64,000 nt of DNA from Blastocladiella emersonii ATCC 22665 (Eukaryota; Fungi; Blastocladiomycota), in the NCBI GenBank assembly GCA_025594325.1, contig JANHCV010000013.1, positions 682,001 through 746,000 of the forward strand, read 5' to 3'. The translations under genes and the position numbers were made by a program. Shown piece after piece: positions 46,904 through 57,876 of the stretch. Position 1 is the stretch's first letter. Each line of letters begins with the position of its first letter. Below the pieces are notes generated by a model. That model was given only the letters and a program-made list of their open reading frames with translations. It ran no database searches and was not told the origin of the DNA.

Positions 46904-48499
46904 GGTGGAGTCGAGGGTGGAGCTGTGATCTCGAGGCGATGCGTGAGTGAAGATCCAGGACCACGCAAGTCCGAGGTGACCGAGTGCGTACAAGTAAAAG
47001 CCGAGGCACGACCAAATCGAGTCGTACGACGGTCAACGTCTAGTGATATAAACAGGTTCCGAAGATGGCCAGATCTACGATGCGTCTAGTCCCGTTCCGC
47101 CCGACTCGAGGGGGTTCCGTGCTTCATAAAGTGCGAGTCGCCGCCAGGGACGCACACGAGGAGAGAGCGCACACAGGCTGCCCTTCAGCAGCAAGCGGCG
47201 ACGCCCGCCAGGCGCCCACCGGGTCCCGCGTGGTGGCGCGGGGGCGGATGATCTCAAATTCATGACGCCGCGCGCGACGAGGCGACCCCCGTTTCACCTC
47301 GGCGGTGCCGCCGCCGCACGCGTGGCTTGACTGGGGGAAGAGACGCGCTGCGCCACTCCGCCGTCACACTTGCAACGCACCAGACCGGATCGGGTGCTGA
47401 ACCCGCGAAATTGGAGGACTATGGATTGCCCGACGTTCAATCGACTGCTCTACTCCTGCCCAAAAATATAGGGCGGGCGGGTCCGTGTTCGCTTACCCCC
47501 GCACGGTTGACCGGGCAACGGACACTCAGGGTTTGTTGGCTCACATGATGCTCGCGTTCAGGCGGATACCCGAGCGCGGGGATCGACGCGATGGTTGTTC
47601 GAAGGGGTGGGGCGGATCTGCCGCTGCGAACTCTCGGCCAAAACGACCTCAGCCAAGCTCGCCGGCGCGGCAGGGATGGATCTGCCGCTGTAAACGCGCT
47701 TCCTCAAGTTCTGGACCGTCGGTATCGGTGCAGATCTGCCGCCGCGACCCCCAAAGGCGTATCACACGGCCGTTTGATGCGAGATCGCGTCGATGGTTGG
47801 TTGCGATGACCATGGACGCGCTCGTCGGCATTTGTGATCAGGCGAGAACAAGCCGTGCAATCTATCAATTATTGAGGGCGACAGACTCTGCCCAGGATCA
47901 GGTCGGTGGCCCAGCGGCGCGTTGCGATCTCGTGTCGTGTAAACGATGAGTGGCGATCGTGACGAAGCCTTGATTGGAGTAGCGATATCGTGTCGCTGCT
48001 TAGACGCGGTGGCCGCGCCGTGACGAGTCAGTGGCTCAAGAACGCGCCGCGATGTCACGAAGGCTTGTCTCGCGTACGGATGCCTTGCGTTTGTGCACGC
48101 GTGTTCGTGCAGCTCTCAAAGTGTAAGCACGAAGGCGAGTCCCACGCGCCTCGAACGGCGAGGGCGTTGTCAAGGTCCACCTTGAGGCGCATTCGCCTCG
48201 AAAGATGCGCGACGGGCTCGAACGGCTGGCTCGCCGCGGGCTTGGCGGAGCGGTCAGCGACCCCCTTGCTCGGTGTGATCGAGTCCTCGGCATGGTCACG
48301 TACCCACGGGGAGGTGAACGTGACGTCGCAGTCGCGCACCGCCAGGCGCAGGTCGCTCGACTTGCAACAGACGCACGCGCTGCCCGTACGATGATCAGTT
48401 GGACACGCTTGCTAAATGCACGCCGGGAATCCAGCACGAGCACCTCTCGGAGCTACACCGGGTTGGCGCCACCTACATTCATCGCCGTGATTACGACGC

Positions 48500-50310
48500 C
48501 GAGGCCTTTGCGAGGTGCATCAATCGTATTAGTCGAAGAAGGGCGTCACGGATAGACGTGTGTGAGATGTATTTTCATGAGAACACGACTGACCGGTGCC
48601 CGTCACGCGCGGGCAAGAACTTGACCTCCTCGAGCTTCCACGAGTTGAGACCGCCAGCGGATCGACTTGGGCGCGGCGGTCGCCCGGCTTGAGCTTGACC
48701 GACCGCGACAGCGGTTTGATGGCGGCGGCGAGAACGTGGTGCGCATGACGAGGAGCTGCATGTACTGGCGGCGGTAGAAGTCGGTACCGATGTTGTGTCG
48801 CCGTTCTTGGGCTTGACAATGATCCGCGCAATCAGCGTGTACACGCGCTTGGGCTTCTTGAGGGCGTCGGACACGGCGAGCGGAACGGCGAGGGCCCGGT
48901 ACCTCGACACGATCTGGTAGCGGCACGCGTTCGCGGAACCTTGGAGGAGATGGATCTACGGGGGTGCGAGGGAGAGCGTGAGTTGTCCTGATCGCGGCAG
49001 CGGCGGATGCAGGTCAGAGATGCGGTACCTCGAACACGCCTTGAACACGACCATGGCCAAAGACGCCTTGAACGCGACCATGGGGCCGAAGTTGACCTGG
49101 CGGCCGCCGCCGCACGACGCGAAACTGCCGCGCGGCCGGACAGGTTGCGCGCGTTGTAGTAGAGTAGTAGAGTAGTGGATGGGGACGAAGGCGATGCGAT
49201 CTACACACACGACGGGCGAGAATCGTCGTGAGTCAGTCGGTAGGCGATCATCACAAAGACGAGCGAGCATCGGCGGCGCCGTACCTGCTGCTTCCCGCAA
49301 TCGAGAGCCTCGCGTCGCGCTTGAACTTGGTGGGTGGGTGGGTAACCGGCGTACAGGGTGCCCCCGGTGCAGCGCGGGCGGCGTTTCGGTACGACGGGTA
49401 GTATTTTCAGATCGGTCCAGCCGCTCCGCCCAACAGACGCAGTGGTCCATGGGCCACTACCCGCCACCTACTCGGCCGCCACACCGTTTGCCTCCCTTCA
49501 TTAGCCACCTCCGCAACGGCCGAGACCCCCGCCAGCCGCGCCACACACGGGCCCGCCGCAGCATGCGTCGGGGCGAACGAGCGCATGAAGGGGGAGGTGT
49601 GGGCGGTGCTTACGCTTGCTTACGGCGAGGGCTCGTGCCGCAGAGGGCGTGCCGAGAGAGAGAACTAGGCCAGGAGGGTACTAGGCCCGCACCGGGGGGC
49701 ATCTACACGAGGGGAGAGAGAGGGGCGGCCGCGCCACGCGGCAGCGCACCAGGATACCTCACGACCCACACTTTGAGGACGAGCGCGATCCGACTGACCT
49801 ACACGCCAGCGGGCAATGGAGTGTGAGTTGAGCAGCGTCTCCTCGCCGTCGTCGACGAGCCACTTGTCAAACGCCGTACCCTTGACGCGAGCTTACTGTT
49901 TTCGTCAAGTTGCACCCGCCGGCCGACCTGGTCGCGGCGGATCGGGCTGCGGGTGTCGAGTGACGAGTAGTCGCGCGCCGCGGTAGGAGGCCGAGCGTGG
50001 TTCCGGGAGGGTGTTCATGTTTCATTGCATGAGGTGGTGGCGGGGCACTGCATGGTGCAGGGTCCGCGGAGAAGGGGAAGGAGCGCGGGTGGGCGGGCGC
50101 GTGCGCGAGGGCAGGCGCCTGCTGTCCAGCCTGCCGCTGCAGCAAGCCCCCGTGAACTTGCAGATAATCGACTCGGGAGACACGCGACGCGTCGCGTCCA
50201 GGTCGGGTGACTTTCGCGTGACCGGTGCGAGACACGAATTAATTGCCGCGGGGAGACATTTGGGGACGGTTGATTTTGGTCCCGCTCGCTTGAATGGATC
50301 ACCCTCAACC
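48500..50310 (-). repeat. Copy B of the inverted repeat, with ~150 bp extra relative to copy A
   Basis: Reverse complement of 32395-34150; intron at 48956-49028; extra segment ~49790-49940. Confidence 0.92.
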
Positions 50311-50689
50311 ACCGGTTGCAAGTTGGTTGCAAACAGCGGCCATGGACTGTATCCGGATCGCCGCCGCTCAAGCATGTTTGAATGCCACAGAAGCCCATTT
50401 CATGCCCGACATCGTTGCAGCGGGAGCTGCTCCGCGTTGCCGCTCGTGCCAACTTCCGGGAGCAGGATGGCGACCAGGATGGCGACACTGGTGTGCGCCT
50501 CAGTCACCGGGTCAGCTTCGGGCAGGTCGCACTTAACGGCCTCAAAGTTGCGGGTAAGGCCCGGGCGCGCCGCGAAAGTGCGAGACGCGCCTCGGAATCA
50601 TGTGATGCAAATGACATCAGCGGAGGTCGTAGCGGGGCGCATCCGTCCTCCTCAACCCCCATCACTGACCCATGCCTGATGTTAAGCTG

Positions 50690-50698
50690 ATGAAATAA
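50690..50698 (+). promoter_or_regulatory. ATG AAA TAA micro-uORF, 18 nt upstream of and in frame with the DUF4470 ATG
   Basis: atgaaataacttgtcgcaATG; same spacing at 54338 and 57859. Confidence 0.6.
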
Positions 50699-50707
50699 CT
50701 TGTCGCA

Positions 50708-53700
50708 ATGGTTCAGGCATCCGATTTCGTGCCGATGCAGACGAGCTCGACGGTCATCTACACCGACCCCGCCAAAAACTTTAAACCATTCAGGAGCTCT
50801 TGCGCTTCCGACATCTTTCTGTACCACGATGCCAGCCTCGTAGACCGCGAGCTGAGCGCACTTCTGTGCGGCTTCGTTGACCTGCGCTCGGTTGCGCGTA
50901 CGCTGGCCGAGGGTGCGCGCAAAGGTTCGCGTTCGACCATGACCTTCACCCTCAACAACCTGCACGTCGAGCCGATTTCTCGCTCGCTGCTTATCTTTTA
51001 CGCTCTCATGCACTCGGACGTGGACCGCGACATTCTCGACCGCTTCATCGGCCAGCTCTGGTTCTCGGAGCTCCTCGAGGAGCACGCGCTCACGTTCTGG
51101 TGCGACCAGATGCGCGCGTGTATCGAGTTTGACTGGCTCTCCGACTCGACCCGGGTGCGCGTCATGAACGCCACCACGCTTCGTGCGGCCCGCGATTGCT
51201 GGCGGCGCTGGCTCGACAAGGCCGATTCGAATATTTCAGCTGTTGACCACTTTCACAATCGTCAACTTGAGTTTTTCCAGCTTGTCGTCCGGCGCAGCTG
51301 TCCGACGTTCAGCACTCATTACCGTTGCCAGTGCGAGGGCGACAATTGCGTGTGCATCCCCGGCTCGCACGAATGCGACTGCAACGAGTACCACAGGCGC
51401 TACGTTCACGAGCGGCAGCAAATCTCGGAGTCGACGTGCTTCATGGGCTCGGCGGAGAAGCTCAAGCCTTCGATTGTTGCTCGCACGCGGTGCGAGATCC
51501 AGTCGCTCGTTGAGAGCGGTTCGTATTTCTTGGCCGATTGCACCTCGAGTCGCCCAAGCTCCCCCTTTGTAATCCAGCCGACGGCCCTCACGTCACATCG
51601 AGCACGGTCGTGGACCCGACATTCGCGGATTTCTCTCACACTGCTCCGCTCGACGGGTTCTTTCTTGACGTGAGCTGTGGCCGGATTCAGAGCGCCATGT
51701 TCGACCAGGTGCGCACCTGGCTTCGCGCGCTGTCCGACGCGTTCTCGCTTGATTCGCCGGCGGCTCACAAGCTTAGCTTTGTCCTCGGCGACGCCGTCCT
51801 TGTCATGGAGCAGTTCCTCGCCGACACCTGGCTCCGTTTCGATGTCGTCGACTCGTCGAAGCTCGTGGACCGCTGCGGAGCGCGAAACATCTTGCTTCAC
51901 GGCTCCCACGTGCTCAGGTACAACCATCCCACCGCAGGCGACCGCTCGATGCTTTGCTTCTACCCGAGCGGTACATTCCGCGCATGTACCGAGTCCGTTG
52001 CTGAGTACATCGAGCTGTTGTTTGGACTTCCCGTCTCCATCATCCCTCTCGTCTTTGGCGTCTCTGTGCTTGAAGAGGACGGCGGGGAGTTGGGGCACTG
52101 GCTCTCGCGCGTCCAGCCTTTCGCTCCAAACAAGCGCAACGCTTCGAATACTCAAAGCTTCCACAAACTCACCTTTTGCAAGCTGCCCGTTCCCAACGTG
52201 CCCGTCTCGATTCGCGCGTCGGAGGAGCTTCAGAGCCTGTACGAGCTCTTATTGGAGACGCTGGGTCTCCCTTGACGCCCAAGGAGCAGTACGATCGCTG
52301 TAGGTTCTTTTTTCACTACTGCTCTCCCCGCGCGCCAGTTTTGACTGACATGTGACTGCTTTCTCGTCTTTGTAGTCGGGCCGATGCAGACCCCTGCCTT
52401 TGGCGTCAAGGCATTGGCTTACGCCATGGCCGCTCGTCGACTTGTTTGGGCTGGAACGACGCCTTACACTTCGCTTCCCTTCTCACCGCGCGACATGGGT
52501 GGAATGTGGTCTCAACACTTTTTCGGCCCGTCGCCAAACGACTTTGTCACGGAGCAACGACTTCTTGCTGGATACCTTGGCTTGAAACAAGATAGCCCGT
52601 CGTCGAGCCGTCGCCTCTACCGCGCGAGCGCAACCTTCACGCTTCTCGAGTCGTATTACTGCAATTACGTGGCGTGCGCGATTCGGGTGGCCATGAAGCC
52701 GAGCTCGGACGACGGCGGCGGGGTCGTTTACAGCCAGTGTCTCAACGTCGACTACGACTCGGAGCGTGGGACGGTGCGGGTCTGCTGGGAGCTTGGAAGC
52801 GCGGTCCCCAAGTCTTTTACCAGGTCGGAGTTCTCGCTTCATGGGACCTACGCTTTGGACGCGCAACCTTGCGATGAGTTCGAGCTTATCAGCAACAAGC
52901 TGCCGTTTGACAAAGGCGCTGCGCCATTTTCTTTGGATGCGGTCACAACTCACTCCGTGTCCATGGCCAGCGTTCGTCTTGGCATCCAGGGAGTTTTCGA
53001 CTACACTGCGGCTGCCGTTGAACCCTTTCGCCACCTGCCTTGGTTCATTCCCGTTCTTCGGCTTGTTCACGAAGGAAACGGCATGGGTCTTTACGAATCG
53101 GACAATTTTGCGCGGCTCGTCTTGAGCATCCCGTGCACCCGCGAGAAGGTCGAGGTCAAGCCTGTGCCCAACGTCGATCTTGCGCAGTTTCGCGGCGACG
53201 TTGCCCTGCTTGTTGACGGGAAGCTGATGACGCTCCGTCTTCCTTACGCGTCCCGCGTGGCTGAAATCGGCATTGACCGCCGCAAACGCGTCGTGACCGT
53301 CACGGTGCAGAAACTTGCAGCCGCCGTGTCGCCGATGCTTGGACTCGGCCCGCTTGTCCCGCGCTTTGCTCCGTTCCCTGTTCCCACGACTGGACCGATC
53401 GTATCCAAGTTTCTGCATGCTGCCGCGTTCGCGTCGCTCGAGGACTTGTACACGGCGGCCGAGTGGCCGGCGTTCGCGTCGCTCGAGGACTTGTACACAG
53501 CGGCCGAGTGGCCGGCCGGCGCGACATTCATGAGCACACAGCGCCTTTGGTGCGTGGAACACGGTGATGCTCAAGGGCACGCTTCACCCTGTCTTCATCT
53601 ACGCCGCGAACGACAATCGCGCGTGTGTCGTCAAGTTCGTGGAGGCAGACAACGTGGAGGAGACCATCGCTGTGCTCTTCGTCCATCGTCCCATCGTCAT

Positions 53701-54079
53701 TCCCGCGCAGGGCAAGGCCGCCGGCATCACCCCTGCGCTTGACATCAGCTTCGTGTTCGCGCACCCGCTCCAGCCCAGGTCCGCTTCGCCCGCGACTCAC
53801 GCCATTGTAGAGCAGTCGCGCAAGCGTGTTCAGGACGCCAACGAAGCTTGCGAACGCGAGCGCATCTGGCAGTTCCCCATCATCTGCGCGCCCGAGTGCA
53901 GATACGCGATCGGCGAGTACCTTGACTTTTGCTCCGCGGCCGCACCGGACCGCTCGCTGCCCGAGGGCCCGCAGAACAATCCGGGCTTTACGGCGGCCAT
54001 GGACGCCGTCAAGTCAGACCTCAAGCGCGCCCTCCTGCTGCCGCTGTTCCCCGCGTGCCCTCGCAGCGCGGACGAGTGA
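50708..54079 (+). pseudogene. DUF4470-type tandem copy 1 with lesions
   Basis: DUF4470 start (LLCGFVDLRSVART...EPISRSLL...GQLWFS). Possible 59-nt intron at 51519-51577. A TGA at 52273-52275 precedes the best donor (GTACGA, 52289); a weak GTCTCC donor at 52265 would avoid it. Acceptor at 52375, 45-bp duplication, frameshift near 53540. Confidence 0.8.
53425..53514 (+). repeat. In-frame 45-bp tandem duplication (AFASLEDLYTAAEWP x2), one mismatch
   Basis: gcgttcgcgtcgctcgaggacttgtacac(g/a)gcggccgagtggccg occurs twice. Confidence 0.95.
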
Positions 54080-54337
54080 ACCTGATCCGAGGGTTGATGT
54101 TGCAACGAATACATGTTTTCTCTAGTCTTTTTGCTCTCCGCTGTGGCCTCGCAATGATTGACGCGACAAACAAGACATTCTCGGCCAACAAAGGAGAGCT
54201 TGACCGGCGGGAGAGGGACTTTGCCGATGACCAACGCGTTGCCTCGTTTGGGGTTGAGTGCGCCACTTTCGCTCGAGCGCCACCGCCGGCCCTCCCTCCC
54301 TCCCCCACTCACTTAATTTTGTCCCGATGCGAATCGA

Positions 54338-54346
54338 ATGAAATAA
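54338..54346 (+). promoter_or_regulatory. ATG AAA TAA micro-uORF before DUF4470 copy 2
   Basis: gaatcgaatgaaataacttgccgcaATG. Confidence 0.6.
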
Positions 54347-54355
54347 CTTGCCGCA

Positions 54356-57300
54356 ATGGATCCAGTGTGTCAAATTATGCCAATGCAAACGAGCGCGACC
54401 GTCGTTTATGCGGACCCGGCAGCACACTTTGATCCGTTCCGCGACTCGCCCGCTTCGGACATCTTTCTTTACCACGACACGACCGACTCAAAGCTCAGGC
54501 TTAGTGCTCTTCTTTGCGGCTTCAACGACCTGCGCTCCGTCGCGCACACGATCGGCGAGGCCAAGCGCAAATGCGGTGACGGCCACGCTGCCTTCAACTT
54601 CGTCCTCAACGACATGCGCCCCGAGCCCATCGCCCGCGCCATGCTCATCCTACGCGCTCTCCTGTGCGCGAAGACCGAATCGGAGGCCCTTGTACGAATG
54701 ATTGGCCAGCTCTGGTTTTCCGAACACATCGAGTGTGGGGCGCTCCTCTACTGGGGCGAGGTCATCCGCAGTTGCATTAAGGCTGGTTGCCGGTCGGAAG
54801 GGCTGTGCATCCGCTTCTTGGACGACGAAACCCTGGACGCCGTCATGGCGTGCTGGGACTCGTGGTTGTCCGAAACCCAGCAAACGGCGGCAGACCGAGC
54901 GGCTGCACGGAAAGCGGTGCACGAGTCTCCCGCACAATCACATCCCCGGCTTGCAGACCTTGTGCTGATCGGCGAGCCGAGTGATACCGCTTCTTGTGTA
55001 GCGGATGTACTGCAGCGTCGTGCAGTTTCAGCTGCCGTCTTGGGCCACGAAAACAAACTTGTACCGTCCACGCTTGCTCGAACCCATTGCGAGGCTCAAC
55101 GACTTGACGAGACCGGGCTGCACTTCAAGAGTTCCACTTTCACTTCGCTTGCCGACGAGCCGTTGCCTTTGTCCGAACAGGAGGTTCGCGGGCTTGGTGT
55201 CCCATACGTGAACCCGACCATGAACAGCGCTTGTAATCAAATTGCAAGCGTGCTTGCCGCTCCTTGCGCGGGCTTCTTTATCGATGTTGGCTCCAAGCGA
55301 GTTGAGGAGTCGATGCGGGATCAGGTTCGAGCTTGGGTTACCGCGCTTCGGGACGTGTTCATGCCATTTAAGCCTGGTCCCGACGGGTCGGCTCCCTCGG
55401 TCAGCCCTAACCGTAGTCCGCACTACATTGCATTCGTGCTTGGCGACGCGGTCTCTGTCATGGAGCGCTTTCTCGCCGACACGACTCACCGGTTTGACGT
55501 GATCGACACGTCGACGCTTATGGATCGTTGCGGCCCGCTCAATCTCATCCTCCATGGCTCGCACTTGCTTAATTGAAACCATCTTACAGCGGGCGACCGG
55601 TCCATTCTCCGCTTGTGCTCGGGTCGCGGCTTGGCGCGCTTTGCGAACCCGCTCCAGTACTTTGCGGAGCGATACAACCTTACTTCGGATGTCTTTCCTA
55701 TCCTGTTCGGTACCGCGCTTGCCGAACAACATGGCGGCGACAGCGACCACTGGTTCACTCGTGTCAGGCCATTCGCACCGCGTCCATGCGAGTCGGATGG
55801 CGTCGCACCTTGCCGCGCCATCACGTTTGTTAAACTCGATGATCCGGCGGTGCCAATCTCTATCAGCGCTTCGGACGATCTTCGTCTAGTCCTTGACTTC
55901 CTCTCGGGCCTCGACAGTTGTCGCGACGAGCTCAAACACACGCTGGGTACGTATCCGGTCATTCTCTCAATTACGATTCGGCGACTAACAACCCTGTTGC
56001 TGTAGGTGGAGCGTTTCTCACCCCGGCGATTGGCATCAAGGCGATCGCTTACGCCATGGCCTCAGGTCGACTGGTGTGGACGGGCTCAACTCCGTACACT
56101 TCGCTTCCCTTTCCGACCTCCAACTTGAGCGAGCGCTGGTCCCACTTCCTGTTCGGCACTGGTAAAACGGCCTGCGCGGAGCGGTTGCTTCTTGCCAAGC
56201 TCCACGGGTTCGGCGGCCCGGCAAGCGCGACTGGCCGCGTGAATACTGTAATATGTGCGACTATCACCATCGACCTTCGTAACCTCGACCCTCAACTTTG
56301 CGCAATTCGCATTCGAATCGCCGAACGACTTGACGCTTCTCAGAAAACTCCAGCTTTCTACCAGAGCATTCACGTTCTCAAAGACGCCGCTAGCGGCACG
56401 CTCCGCGTATCGTGGTACCTCGACCCAGAGACTGCCAAGCGCTCGCCCAACATTCACTATGCACTCTCCGCAGCCTCTGCTTTTGGCCAGGGGAATGGTA
56501 GCCTGGAATCGGGCTTTGAGTGCGTCAGCGACTGGATCACTTTTGCTCAAACCGACGAGAGCGTTTCCAGCGCTTTGTTTGTGACCACCGACGTCCCGCT
56601 GGTACACGCGCAGCGCGCACTATACGGCGTCATGCGCTACGCTCGTCTAGCTGCTGCTTCCGCTGCTACGCCAGCTTCGACGCGTCGCCCAGCTTGGCAC
56701 CTTCCTGTCACTCATCTCGCCGATCAGGGTGCAGACACTGCGAAGCTTGTTCTCACCATTCCCCGTGGCCATGAGAAGGTGACCGTTCAACCTGTCCTTG
56801 CTCGCGATCTTGCGCTGTACCGCGGCGCCGTCACGCTGTTCATTGACAGCAAAAATATCCAGGCGATTCAGCTGCCGTACTTGGCCCGCGCGACCAGCGT
56901 CGAAATTGATCGAAAGAAGCGCACCGCGACGGTGGCGGTTCGTATGATCATTTGTGCCGTGGCGCCGGCCCTTGGACTCGGCCCTCTCGTTCCGCGCTTC
57001 GCGCCGCTGCCCGGCTTTGGGTCTGAGGTCGGGCCGGCTGTGTCCAGCTTTGTGCAGTCGGTTGCGCTTGACACTCTCATAGACTCGTTCGCTGTTGGAG
57101 ACTCGCGTGGCGGCGCATCTGCCTCAGCGACTGCCCTCGCGCAGTTGACCCGCACGCTCTTTCAGCTTGGCGCCAGGCGGGAGGGTACTTGGACCATCCA
57201 GATCGTTGAGCAGCAGTCCCACGACGTCATCGCCCTGCTCTTCGTCAACTGGCTTGCTGTGATCCCGCCACAGGGCCGGTCCGATTGGATCACGCCTGCT

Positions 57301-57645
57301 CTCGATGTCAGCTACCTGCACGTACCGCCTCCCTCCACTACCTTCAAGTCGGCTACGGAGCGGCTTCTCGCAAAAAAGCTCCGCGAGCGGGTCAAAGGCG
57401 CACATGCGATGTACGCCAGCTCGTGCGACGAGCCGTACCCAACCATCGAGTGGGAGGGTGGCGCGAGCGTGATTGGCGAGTACCTCGAGTTTTGCCACAT
57501 TGCCGCCGTCGATCGGTCCGTTCCGGCCGCGATTGTCGCGACCAAGGAAGAGCCGACGCCCGAGGTCAACGGAACGGTCCAGGCACTGTTCTTCCTCACG
57601 TCTGCGCTCAGACGCGCTATCCTGCTTCCTATGTTCGCGATCTGA
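54356..57645 (+). pseudogene. DUF4470-type tandem copy 2; join(54356..55946,56006..57645), ~1076 codons with a single in-frame TGA (55574-55576)
   Basis: The frame continues past the TGA (LLN*NHLTAGDRS vs VLRYNHPTAGDRS in copy 1). GTACGT...GACTAAC...TAG intron. No other lesion seen. Confidence 0.85.
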
Positions 57646-57858
57646 GCGGAATTGTGGTCGATTTTGTTGATCTCTTGCACCAATACCAGTGACCTTTGTC
57701 CTACTTTGGTCTGTGAGAGCCCTTGGAGGCGCGGGACGTCGCGCGACGCGACGATCAAATCACGTGATACGGGTGGAGAGTGGGCAGAACCCCTGGAGTG
57801 GGTTTCGCGTGCAGCGACCGTCCTCTCCCCGCGTCCTCGTCTCCTCCATGCAAATCGA

Positions 57859-57867
57859 ATGAAATAA
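57859..57867 (+). promoter_or_regulatory. ATG AAA TAA micro-uORF before DUF4470 copy 3
   Basis: aaatcgaatgaaataacttgctgcaATG. Confidence 0.6.
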
Positions 57868-57876
57868 CTTGCTGCA

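Noticed and set aside
32395-50310. An 18-kb giant transposon (Polinton- or Starship-like) with the inverted repeats as TIRs
   Set aside because: No integrase, polB, recombinase or TSD seen; the repeats are decayed gene copies, a third copy lies elsewhere, and the interior holds core PKA-C.
55574-55576. Selenocysteine TGA or an alternative genetic code
   Set aside because: The aligned residues are Tyr/Asp, not Cys. TGA, TAA and TAG all end intact genes here, and the internal stops are of all three types.
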